Assembly (NCBI GenBank): GCA_016209325.1 | Contig: JACQWJ010000034.1 | Span: 220 to 64,219, forward strand | Direction: 5' to 3' | DNA: 64,000 nt | Source: Candidatus Uhrbacteria bacterium | Lineage (GTDB): Bacteria > Patescibacteriota > Patescibacteriia > UBA9934 > GWF2-40-263 | In this document: piece after piece, positions 44,059 through 52,918 of the stretch | How the letters are laid out: every line of letters begins with the position of its first letter | Numbering within the stretch: position 1 is the first letter of the stretch | Program-made: the position numbers and the translations under genes | Notes under the pieces: generated by a model | Database searches by the model: none | What the model was told of the DNA's origin: nothing | Seen by the model: only the letters and a program-made list of their open reading frames with translations

Positions 44059-45708
44059 TTATTGCCCCAAAGACGTCATCCGGTACAGCGACTCCTCCCC
44101 GTACGTCCCCACGAGCTCGATGCCGAGTCCCAACCCCTTCAGCTTGTCGTCGTTCAGGTAGGCGAGGTCGGTTTCGGGGAGAGTGATGCCGAAGTAGTAG
44201 AGAGGGGCACGGAGCGCAATCCTCGGGAGGAGGGCGTAGGTGGCCTCGTCCCGGAGGGGGTAGCGGACGCGGCGGTGGGGGAAGAAGAGCTTGTCCGCCC
44301 GGTCGACGACGATCACGGCGTCCGGCTCGGTCAGGCCGAGGACCTGGTCGCGAGTCTTGGCCGCGGCCTCGAGGGTGCGACGGGCGAGAACGAGGCTGTC
44401 GGCGGACGCGAAGAAGGCGCCATGAACCCCGAGGCCGAAGACGGCGAGGAAGGCTCCGACCGCCCAGGCGCGCTGGGCCAGCGGGTGGAGCAGGAGATCA
44501 CGCACCCAGAGGATCGCCAAGGCGGCGAAGGGCGTCGTCAGGACGAAGGCAGGCAGCCAATAGCGTACGTACGAGTTGCCGATCGTGACGGCCGCGGGAT
44601 CGGGATTGTCGTGGATCGTCCAGCTGCCGTAGAGGAGGGCGAGCCATCCCCCGACGAACAGAAACACGGCGAGATAGAGCCAGCGCCACTGCCGCCGCGC
44701 CCCCTTGTCGGACCGTTTGGGAAAGGCGAGGAAAAATCCCGGGACGGCGAGAACGGCCATCCACCAGAACAGCGTGATGCCGTAAGCGAGGAGGTGGCTC
44801 CACGCGATGCGCGGATGGATCCCGAACGGGGCCACGAGGGATCGGACGGAACGCGACCCGCCTAAGGGAGCGGACACGGCGGCCTGCGACGCCTCGTCAG
44901 TCGTTTCCGCAACCAGCGTGTAACCGGTTGACACGGGGCTCCCGTACAACGCCTGGTTGAAGAAAAACAGAGGTGAGACGGCTAGGACGGCGCCAAGCAC
45001 AGCCCATGCGACGGCCTGCCTGGCGACGTGGCGATGGAGCCATACGAGGATGAGGAGACCCCCGGCCAGCATCCAAAACGCTTCGGAGGCCCTGACGAAA
45101 ACGGCGAGACCAAAGCAGATGCCCACCAGCGCAGGGTCTGCCGCAGCCGGGATGAACCGCATCCCTCGGGTGCGAAGGCCTTTAAACGGCTGAACGAGAG
45201 CGAAAAAGACGCTTCCGATGAGAAGGCTCGTAAACAGGACGTTGTGCATGAGGGACCGCGCCGCGTAATACCACCAGGCGGGATGGGCGAAGAGGAGGAG
45301 GGCCGCCCAACGGGCCACGCGAGGGTCAAACAATTTCCGCACGATGCCATACCAGGCGAGCACAGCAAGAAACGCGACGACGGGGGTCAGCAGGGGAAGC
45401 GCGCCGATCCCGAGCAGACGGGCCGCGAGCCCGTACAAGACGGGGAGGCCGGGAAAGCTGGCGGGGACCAGGCGGCCGTGGAGGGATAGGATGCTACGCG
45501 GATGCAGGACGTCGCCAAGGATCTCGTTCAAGGGCTCGAAGGCATACAAGCGTCCGTGCTCGGCGAACGTGCCCGCGAAAAAAGCGTTCGCGGTCTCGTC
45601 CGGAGAAACGAAGGGGCCTCCGGGAACCGACAGGACGAGGCAGGCGCAGACGAAGAGAATGCCTGCCGCGACCAGGACGGCGAGGTCGCGCCTGGTTTCA
45701 GATGCCAT
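44059..45708 (-). CDS. GT-C fold membrane glycosyltransferase (PMT_2/GT39-like)
   Basis: SPDE motif after TM1; many TM helices; RYWLP. Confidence 0.78.
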   Translation of the reverse strand: MASETRRDLAVLVAAGILFVCACLVLSVPGGPFVSPDETANAFFAGTFAEHGRLYAFEPLNEILGDVLHPRSILSLHGRLVPASFPGLPVLYGLAARLLGIGALPLLTPVVAFLAVLAWYGIVRKLFDPRVARWAALLLFAHPAWWYYAARSLMHNVLFTSLLIGSVFFALVQPFKGLRTRGMRFIPAAADPALVGICFGLAVFVRASEAFWMLAGGLLILVWLHRHVARQAVAWAVLGAVLAVSPLFFFNQALYGSPVSTGYTLVAETTDEASQAAVSAPLGGSRSVRSLVAPFGIHPRIAWSHLLAYGITLFWWMAVLAVPGFFLAFPKRSDKGARRQWRWLYLAVFLFVGGWLALLYGSWTIHDNPDPAAVTIGNSYVRYWLPAFVLTTPFAALAILWVRDLLLHPLAQRAWAVGAFLAVFGLGVHGAFFASADSLVLARRTLEAAAKTRDQVLGLTEPDAVIVVDRADKLFFPHRRVRYPLRDEATYALLPRIALRAPLYYFGITLPETDLAYLNDDKLKGLGLGIELVGTYGEESLYRMTSLGQ

Positions 45709-46297
45709 AGCTGAGGAGACTCAAAACCGCGAAACCGAGCGCCAGACACAGAGTCCCAATCGAGACCCATTCAAGAGCGTCTATCCCAAACCAAACCGAC
45801 AACAGAAGAGCGAGCACACCCATGACTTCAAGAAACATCTTGGTCTTCCCAAACGCATTGGCCGACAAGGGACGTCCGCGCCGGCGGTTGAACACGCCGC
45901 CCAGCACGATAAGAAGCTCCATCGAGATGATGAGCAGCGCAAATCCCCACCCAAGATGCTTGGTCACCGTGAGCAGGACGACCGAGCCGATGAGAAGCTT
46001 GTCGGCAACGGGATCGTAAAAGGTGCCCCATGGGGTAATCTGTCCCCGCACGCGCGCCAGGGAACCGTCGAGGGCGTCCGTGAGGGCCGTCACGAAAAAC
46101 AAGGGAACACCGACCGCGTAGCGTTCCTCCATGAGAAACCAGAGCACAAACGGCGCCAGGAGGAAACGCAGAATCGTGAGATGGTTGGGGCGGACCCAGG
46201 CGGGAAACAGGGGAAGCAGGGTGCGCCGCAGGACAAGGTCGTGAGGATACAGCCGGGCCGGATCCCGCTGGGAGCGCCTCCACAATTTCTTCATCAC
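45698..46297 (-). CDS. pgsA: CDP-alcohol phosphatidyltransferase (PgsA-like)
   Basis: PNHLTILR, TDALDGSLAR....T.WG.FYDP.ADK, GK.K. Confidence 0.88.
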   Translation of the reverse strand: MMKKLWRRSQRDPARLYPHDLVLRRTLLPLFPAWVRPNHLTILRFLLAPFVLWFLMEERYAVGVPLFFVTALTDALDGSLARVRGQITPWGTFYDPVADKLLIGSVVLLTVTKHLGWGFALLIISMELLIVLGGVFNRRRGRPLSANAFGKTKMFLEVMGVLALLLSVWFGIDALEWVSIGTLCLALGFAVLSLLSYGI

Positions 46298-46334
46298 AGG
46301 AAAACGGGTTCAGCGTGCTAAAATACGGGTACCT

Positions 46335-48470
46335 ATGCGCACCGAGGGAATGTCAGCCAAATTTACCATACGCGGCGCGATTATTCTAGCGGTCTTCCTC
46401 CTGAATGCGCTTTTATGGCGCTCGCCCTTCCTGGGCATGCTTCTGCTTGTCGTTTGGAGTCTTGTGTTTGGAGAAGACCTTGGCGCGCGGGCGATGCCCG
46501 GATGGTCGCGGGGAATGCGGCGGATCACAGGTGTTTGGATCCTGCTGTCGGGTATCGCGATCGTGGGAAGCCTGGTCTACTACTTCTTCGCCTTCACACG
46601 ACCTGTTGCTGTGGGCGTCATGCTCCTTTTCACAGCTGCCGCTTGGTGTGTGGGAAGGAACACGCAAGATACGAAAACAGATGCCGGAGCAAAAAGCGTC
46701 ATCGCTCGTATACGAACGATTCCGATCGGCGTATGGGGAAGCGCCGCGTGCGCGGTTGTCCTCCTTCTCGTGACCCTCCTCCTCGTCCTCCCTCACGCCA
46801 CAGAAGAAGCAACACGTTCCCTGTGGGAACGCATCCCAACAGCAGCTATCTTGGCCGCCTTTGCCGGAAGCGCCGCGCTGACGGGCGCGCTCCTACTGCG
46901 CGGAAAGGGACGCGTCGCTTCCCTACCGCTCGCGGCCTGCCTGCTCGGGGTCGTGATCGCGCTCGCGCTCGCGGTCTTTCCCCTCGGATACGGATTCGAC
47001 CCGTTCATCCACCAAGCCACGGAACGGCACATCGCCGCCCATGGAACCATCACGCCAAAACCGTTGTACTACGTGGGTCAGTACGCCGTCGTCTTGTTTC
47101 TCCATCACACCTTCGCATTACCCATTGACGCAACGGATCGTTTTCTCGTCCCCCTCCTCACGGTTCTCTTTCTTCCCCTCATCTGGTATGCAGCGGCCAC
47201 GCGACTCCTCGGAAGCAGACGTGCCGGAGCCGCGTCGCTGCTCGTGCTGTTTCTCTTTCCCTTGGACGCATTCATTTCCACAACCCCTCAAGGCCTGGCC
47301 AACCTCTGGACGTGTCTGACCCTTCTCGTAGCCCTGCCCCGCCTGCGCGAAGGAAGAGCTTGGCCTCTTTGGCCCGTTCTCCTTGGCACGGGCGCGACAC
47401 TTCTCATTCATCCCCTTGCAGGCATTCCGATCGGCCTGTTCTGTCTCCTCATGGTGGGCGAGGATAAGCGGCTACGGAAACGATTTCCGCGCGGCATGCA
47501 AATCGGACAATGGCTTGTTGTTCTCGGTGGATGCGTCGCCCTGCCTCTCTCCTTTCTCCTCAACGCCAAACTGTCGGGAAGTGCTGTTCAGTTTGATCCG
47601 AGTGGCCTCCTGCCCGGACGTTTCTTGGAAACACTCAGTTGGCAGGCACCCCTTGAAACCCGCTTTGACCCCCTGGCCGACGCCGTTTATCTCTTCGCCC
47701 GGAATCGAACATGGCTGCTTATCCTCGGAGCCACGGCAGGCTGGATCGCTTTCCGTCGTCGCCTCGGTCGTGGTCTGGACGCATACGTCTTGACAGCGTT
47801 CGCTCTGCTGGTCAATTTTCTGCTCGTAAAAGGAACACTCCGATTCGATTTCCTCATCGGGTACGAACAGTCGGCTTACGCGGACCGACTGGTTCCGCTC
47901 TGCCTCTTCTTCCTGATTCCGCCACTCCTCTTCGGGTTCGAAGCTGTACGCCGACGGCTTGAAACGAAACCCCTTGTACTCCACACCTGCGTCGTCGCAC
48001 TGTTCGCGGCTCTGGCCACGGCAAATTTCTACCTGACATATCCACGCCAGGACGCCTACGCCACAAGTCACGGCTACACCATGGGCCAGAGCGACGTCGA
48101 CGCCGTGCGCTCGATCGATGCGGAGGCCGCAGGAACACCCTACGTGGCGCTCGCCAACCAGACCGTCTCGGCGGCAGCGATCCGCGAATTCGGTTTCGCA
48201 CATTACTACGACGACCTGTTTTTCTATCCCATCCCGACCGGGGGGCCTCTCTACCGAATTTTCCTCGCGATGAACGAGCATCCGGATCCAACGACCGCCG
48301 CCGAAGCCATGAACCTGGCTGGTACCGACCTCGTCTACTTCGTCGTCAACCGCTACTGGTGGCAAGCCGATCGCATCATGGAAACCGCAAAAACAAACGC
48401 CGACGACTGGTGGAGCGTCGGCGACGGGGACGTATACGTGTTCACGTACGTCCGAGAACGCCCCGAATAA
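46335..48470 (+). CDS. Large polytopic membrane protein (possible GT-C)
   Basis: 711 aa, many TM helices; GYGFDPFIH, TTPQ, HP motifs. Confidence 0.75.
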   Translation: MRTEGMSAKFTIRGAIILAVFLLNALLWRSPFLGMLLLVVWSLVFGEDLGARAMPGWSRGMRRITGVWILLSGIAIVGSLVYYFFAFTRPVAVGVMLLFTAAAWCVGRNTQDTKTDAGAKSVIARIRTIPIGVWGSAACAVVLLLVTLLLVLPHATEEATRSLWERIPTAAILAAFAGSAALTGALLLRGKGRVASLPLAACLLGVVIALALAVFPLGYGFDPFIHQATERHIAAHGTITPKPLYYVGQYAVVLFLHHTFALPIDATDRFLVPLLTVLFLPLIWYAAATRLLGSRRAGAASLLVLFLFPLDAFISTTPQGLANLWTCLTLLVALPRLREGRAWPLWPVLLGTGATLLIHPLAGIPIGLFCLLMVGEDKRLRKRFPRGMQIGQWLVVLGGCVALPLSFLLNAKLSGSAVQFDPSGLLPGRFLETLSWQAPLETRFDPLADAVYLFARNRTWLLILGATAGWIAFRRRLGRGLDAYVLTAFALLVNFLLVKGTLRFDFLIGYEQSAYADRLVPLCLFFLIPPLLFGFEAVRRRLETKPLVLHTCVVALFAALATANFYLTYPRQDAYATSHGYTMGQSDVDAVRSIDAEAAGTPYVALANQTVSAAAIREFGFAHYYDDLFFYPIPTGGPLYRIFLAMNEHPDPTTAAEAMNLAGTDLVYFVVNRYWWQADRIMETAKTNADDWWSVGDGDVYVFTYVRERPE

Positions 48471-49653
48471 TCTCTTCCAGCGTGTCAACGTAATGCGGGA
48501 GGCTATACGATTCGACCGAAGCCGTAATCTCTGGACCCCTGGCCCAAAACATATCCTTCTGCCCATCAAAGGATTCGATGGCCGCGGTCCATACAGCAAC
48601 GTCACCGAGTTCCACTAAGAGGCCGTTCTTCCCTTCCCGAATGAGCTCTCCTACGCCGCCGATTTTGGAAGCGATGACAGGGACACCGGCCTGGAAACTC
48701 TCGTAAATGACGGTGGGGGAATTTTCCGCGCAGACCGAAGGAACGACGGTCGCGTCCATAATGGCAAACAGACGTCGCAGGCCTTCCATGGAAACGAAGC
48801 CGTGGTAGACGATGCGACGGTCCTCCCGTCCGAGGTCGCGCACGAAATCGACCAGCGTCCCCTCCCCGGCCATGTGCAGCTCGAACGGGATCGATAGACG
48901 GCGGACAGCGTCTATGAGCTCGTTCACTCCCTTGTGACGCTCAAGTTGTCCGGCCATTAAGAGACGTAAAGGACCCGGAAAACGAACGGGACGACGAGAA
49001 CGAGCATCCCAGCTCGGCGCAGGATTCGGAAGAATGTGCACGGGAACATTCCGAAAAAAATTCTGTTGTCTATAAAAATCCGCCAAAAATTGGGAAGGAG
49101 AAATCACCGCGTTTGGAGGACCCATGGCCTTCCGAACCGCCATCCCGTACAGGTTCCTGAACGCGATAGACACGAGATGGTCCCTGTGTCCGTGCAGAAG
49201 CAAGCCACTGGGGACGGAGAGTTGAACGTCATGCACGGTGTGGATCCAGGGAATCCCAAGCGTACGAGCAGCCTGCGGAACGCGAAGACCAATTCCCTTG
49301 AGGTTGTGGGTCAGCACGATATCCGGTTTCTCTTGACGTAAGACCTCCTCCACGCAGCGCTCGGAGGAAGCGGAACACAAATCCACAAGGTGCCAGACGG
49401 CCCGCAGCGGATACGGAAACCGATGGTCGTCCAACAAATAATAAAGATTGTGAGGAGCAAAGCGATACACCCGTTCTATGGAGGCTTCACGCAACAGCGG
49501 TCGACGGGTGGCCGGGTCAGTTGGCGGCATCGTCGACACGATGGATACCCGATGCCCGCGGGCATGCAGTTCCTGGGCAATACGCTGAGCCACGCGCTCG
49601 GCCCCTCCACGACTGACAGGAGGATACAGGTTGGAGATCAAGCAGATACGCAT
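48442..49653 (-). CDS. Glycosyltransferase family 4
   Basis: YPP..RGGAE, HTVHD, PS...ENSP..I.E...G.PVIAS..GG. Confidence 0.92.
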   Translation of the reverse strand: MRICLISNLYPPVSRGGAERVAQRIAQELHARGHRVSIVSTMPPTDPATRRPLLREASIERVYRFAPHNLYYLLDDHRFPYPLRAVWHLVDLCSASSERCVEEVLRQEKPDIVLTHNLKGIGLRVPQAARTLGIPWIHTVHDVQLSVPSGLLLHGHRDHLVSIAFRNLYGMAVRKAMGPPNAVISPSQFLADFYRQQNFFRNVPVHILPNPAPSWDARSRRPVRFPGPLRLLMAGQLERHKGVNELIDAVRRLSIPFELHMAGEGTLVDFVRDLGREDRRIVYHGFVSMEGLRRLFAIMDATVVPSVCAENSPTVIYESFQAGVPVIASKIGGVGELIREGKNGLLVELGDVAVWTAAIESFDGQKDMFWARGPEITASVESYSLPHYVDTLEEIIRGVLGRT

Positions 49654-50792
49654 ATACGGCGTTGGCCGAGACACGTGTCATACACAGCCTCAAGCTTATC
49701 TATAAGGGGATCCCAAGCGAAGTGTCGTTCGGCCCGCTGCCGGGCGGCGCGTCCCATGCGTCGGCAACATTCCCCGTCGCTCGCGAGGCGCAAGATGGCT
49801 TGGGCAAGCGCCGCCGCGTCGCCGGGCGGCACGAGCAGGCCGGTTTCTCCCTCCTCGACGAGCGTGCGAACGCCAGGCAAGGCGGAAGCAATGGTCGGGA
49901 GACCACTCGCCGCCGCCTCAAGCACCACCATACCGAACGCTTCGGAACGGTCCGTGGAGGGAAACACATGAAAATCCGCCATGCGGTACAGCGCAGGTTT
50001 ATCCTGTTCGGAAACGTCGCCCAAAAAATGCAGACGCGAACCCTGAACCGCGGTCTGGGTTTCGAAATTGGCACGCAGATCACCGTCCCCGACCAACACG
50101 GCATGCCACGACCGATGTGCGAGGTCGGCAAGCGCCTCGATGAGAACGGGCACGCCCTTGAAAGCGTGGGCACGGTCCATGCCGCCCACGAACAGGAGCA
50201 CGGGCGCGTCAGGGGGGATGCCAAGCTCCCGACGTCGGGCTTCCTCGCGACCCGGATGGAAGTGCTCCAGGTCGACCCCGAACGGCAGCTCGGTGAGCTT
50301 ACCGAAGACAGTGGGAAACCCGCTGAGCGCGCTGGACTCGGCGTAATCCAGGGAACTGACGAGCACACGGTCGACGCGCTGGACGATCCAGGGAAACAGG
50401 ACGCGGCGGTGGACGTCGAAAACCGCGTGCTTAAATCCCCGCCCCGCGGCCGTGTCCATGTGGTACGTCATGACGAGCGGCTGGGAGGAGCGGAGCGCCT
50501 TGCGCATGATGACGGGCTCCGCGCCTCCGAAGAACGGATAGTGGAGATGGACCAGGTCAAATCCCGCCAGGCGGGAGACGAGCGAGGGAAGGACGCCAGC
50601 GTTCCCCCAATGGAGAGGTGAGGGCAGGCGGTGGACGTAGGCCGGGTCGTCCGGAACCGTTCCCACGTAGCGGGGCACGAAGGCGTGGGCATGGTGGCCG
50701 CGGGCGCGCAGGCGCTCCACGTACTCAAAAGCCACCGCGCCCATGCCGCCGCGATACGGAGGATACGTGCAGACGACATGGGCGACTTTCAT
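49638..50792 (-). CDS. Glycosyltransferase family 4
   Basis: YPPY.GG, FPS..RSEAFGMVVLEA.A.G.P. Confidence 0.92.
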   Translation of the reverse strand: MKVAHVVCTYPPYRGGMGAVAFEYVERLRARGHHAHAFVPRYVGTVPDDPAYVHRLPSPLHWGNAGVLPSLVSRLAGFDLVHLHYPFFGGAEPVIMRKALRSSQPLVMTYHMDTAAGRGFKHAVFDVHRRVLFPWIVQRVDRVLVSSLDYAESSALSGFPTVFGKLTELPFGVDLEHFHPGREEARRRELGIPPDAPVLLFVGGMDRAHAFKGVPVLIEALADLAHRSWHAVLVGDGDLRANFETQTAVQGSRLHFLGDVSEQDKPALYRMADFHVFPSTDRSEAFGMVVLEAAASGLPTIASALPGVRTLVEEGETGLLVPPGDAAALAQAILRLASDGECCRRMGRAARQRAERHFAWDPLIDKLEAVYDTCLGQRRICVSA

Positions 50793-51157
50793 GGGGAGAC
50801 GTCAGAAACGGTCTTAGACGATTCCGATTGCTCGTTCGCATCGCGAAGCGCGAGGAGGCGGACGAGCTTCGTGATGTCCCGCTCGACCTGTTCGAGTTTC
50901 ACGAACAGCCGGAATACCAGGTAAAATAGGAGGATGAGAGACAGGTAAATGGCGAGGTCCGCACCCCGGCCCACGCCGAGCAGGCGCGCGGCCACATCGG
51001 TGGTCTTCGGCCACAGGGCGGCGAGTCCCGCGAGGAGCCAAAACCCGCCCCAAAACGCGAGCTCGCGACGCGTCACGTGCCCATCCGAAAACTGCTTCCA
51101 GGTGCGTACGAGGGCAACGGCAGCCAGGACGGCGAGAAGAATCTGAATGAGGGACAT
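50789..51157 (-). CDS. DUF2304 membrane protein
   Basis: A..LGVGRGADL..Y, IT.LVR..A; next to a DPM-like GT2. Confidence 0.85.
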   Translation of the reverse strand: MSLIQILLAVLAAVALVRTWKQFSDGHVTRRELAFWGGFWLLAGLAALWPKTTDVAARLLGVGRGADLAIYLSLILLFYLVFRLFVKLEQVERDITKLVRLLALRDANEQSESSKTVSDVSP

Positions 51158-51837
51158 AGGGGGAGATAACAGGGGACGAGCCGACGCAGGATCAGCTTCA
51201 TGAGTGTTCGAACGCCGACCGTGAAACTCTGACCCTTGGACAACGAATAGTCGGTATAAATAGCACGAATGGAAACTTCGGTGTAGACAAGCCCTTTGAC
51301 GCGGGTCTCATGGATGAGTTCCGAGGAAACCTCCATGCGGTTCGTGCGGATGTCGATCCGCTCGAGGGCGCGGCGGGACAGGGCGCGGTAGCCCGACTGG
51401 CTGTCGGTCACCCAGGCGCCGAACAGGAGAAGCGTCGCGAGGTTGCCGACGAGGGTGGCCGCCTTACGATGAAGGGGCATGCCCACGAGGCCAGTACGCA
51501 TACGAGAGCCGACGACGAGGTCTGCGCCGCCGGAGAGGGCTGCGAGAAAGAGGGGGATCTCGGAGGGGTCGTGCTGCCCGTCGGCGTCGAGCGTGACGAC
51601 TGCATCTGCGCCAAGTGCGAGCGCGGCGGCGAATCCGGTTCCGAGCGCCGCTCCCAGTCCCCGATTCAGAGCATGGTGCACCACCCGGGCACCCGCTTCT
51701 CGGGCGGCTTCGGACGTCCGATCGGTCGAACCGTCGTCGACGACGATGACGCATTGGACGAACGGAGCGGCAGCCCGGGCGACGTCTCGCACAGCCTTCT
51801 TCTCATTGTAGGCGGGAATGACGGCAACGACCTGCAT
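51073..51837 (-). CDS. Polyprenol-phosphate glycosyltransferase (DPM synthase-like GT2)
   Basis: IPAYNE, VDDGSTD, N.GLGAAL, DADGQH, DSQSGYRA. Confidence 0.9.
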   Translation of the reverse strand: MQVVAVIPAYNEKKAVRDVARAAAPFVQCVIVVDDGSTDRTSEAAREAGARVVHHALNRGLGAALGTGFAAALALGADAVVTLDADGQHDPSEIPLFLAALSGGADLVVGSRMRTGLVGMPLHRKAATLVGNLATLLLFGAWVTDSQSGYRALSRRALERIDIRTNRMEVSSELIHETRVKGLVYTEVSIRAIYTDYSLSKGQSFTVGVRTLMKLILRRLVPCYLPLCPSFRFFSPSWLPLPSYAPGSSFRMGT

Positions 51838-51857
51838 ACGCGGGAAACCGACGATGG

Positions 51858-52871
51858 TTACAGAGGACGCGAAAGAATTTTCGTCGCACGAATGTCATCG
51901 ATGGTCTTTTGGAGCCCATCTTCCAGGCGGGTGAGGGGGAGCCACCCGAGCTCCCTGGCCTTGCCCGTATCTGGCAGGCCAAGCTCACTGAGGAAGAGGA
52001 GGCCTTCCTGAAATACGACGCGAGAGGAAGACCCCGTCAGGTCGATCACACGCTGAGCAATGTCCGCCATGCGCAGGTCCGCGTCGCTCCCAATGTTGAC
52101 CGGACCGGTCCCGGTGGGCGCCTGCATAACGCGGATGAGGCCATCCACCACGTCGTCCACGTACACGAGCGATGTACGGAAATCCTCATGGCCGTAGATG
52201 ACGAGGTCCTTCCCTTCGAGCGCGTTCAAAACGAAATCAGGAATCAGGTGGCCATCAAACAAGGGCATGCGCGGCCCGTAGGTACGGAAGACGCGCGCAA
52301 TCTTCGCGTCAATTCCGTGGACAGCACGGTAGGTCTCGAACATGGTCTCGGAGAAACGCCGGCCCTCGTCGTAACAGCCGCGCGGGGAGAGGTGGTTGAC
52401 GCATCCCTCCGCGTCCTCGCGCAGGAGGACATGTCCCTCGCGGCGCGGCCCATAAACAACAGCACTCGAAGAGAGCAGAACTTTAGAGCGGTACTTCAAG
52501 GCGAGTTCAAGAATGTGGTAGTTGGCCAATGAGTTGGCCAACAGGATCTGAATCCGGAACTGATCAAACTTCTGGATCGCCATGGGACAGGCTAGATGGT
52601 AGATCTCCTGGATGCCCTGGAACGGAAGCTTGAGCGGCTCGAGCTCGGCGATCTTCTCGAGATCAAGAGGGAGGTTGGCATCGAGGCGCAAGAAGTGGAA
52701 GTCCGGATAAGACAGAAGGGGCTCGATGTTCCGAATGCTCGAGGTGGAAAAATTGTCGAGACATATGACGTGCACTCCATCCCGAAGCAACCGCTCGCAC
52801 AGATGCGAACCGATAAAGCCGGCGCCTCCGGTCACGAGAACATTCTTTTTTTCAAACGGCTTGTCAGACAT
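51858..52871 (-). CDS. UDP-glucuronate decarboxylase-like SDR with divergent active site
   Basis: GGAGFIGSHLC, IYHLACP, PRGCYDEGRR.SET, R.F.TYGPRM. Confidence 0.82.
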   Translation of the reverse strand: MSDKPFEKKNVLVTGGAGFIGSHLCERLLRDGVHVICLDNFSTSSIRNIEPLLSYPDFHFLRLDANLPLDLEKIAELEPLKLPFQGIQEIYHLACPMAIQKFDQFRIQILLANSLANYHILELALKYRSKVLLSSSAVVYGPRREGHVLLREDAEGCVNHLSPRGCYDEGRRFSETMFETYRAVHGIDAKIARVFRTYGPRMPLFDGHLIPDFVLNALEGKDLVIYGHEDFRTSLVYVDDVVDGLIRVMQAPTGTGPVNIGSDADLRMADIAQRVIDLTGSSSRVVFQEGLLFLSELGLPDTGKARELGWLPLTRLEDGLQKTIDDIRATKILSRPL

Positions 52872-52918
52872 ACAATGCAGCCATGATACGAGTCGAAGAC
52901 GGAAAAATCAAACAGACA

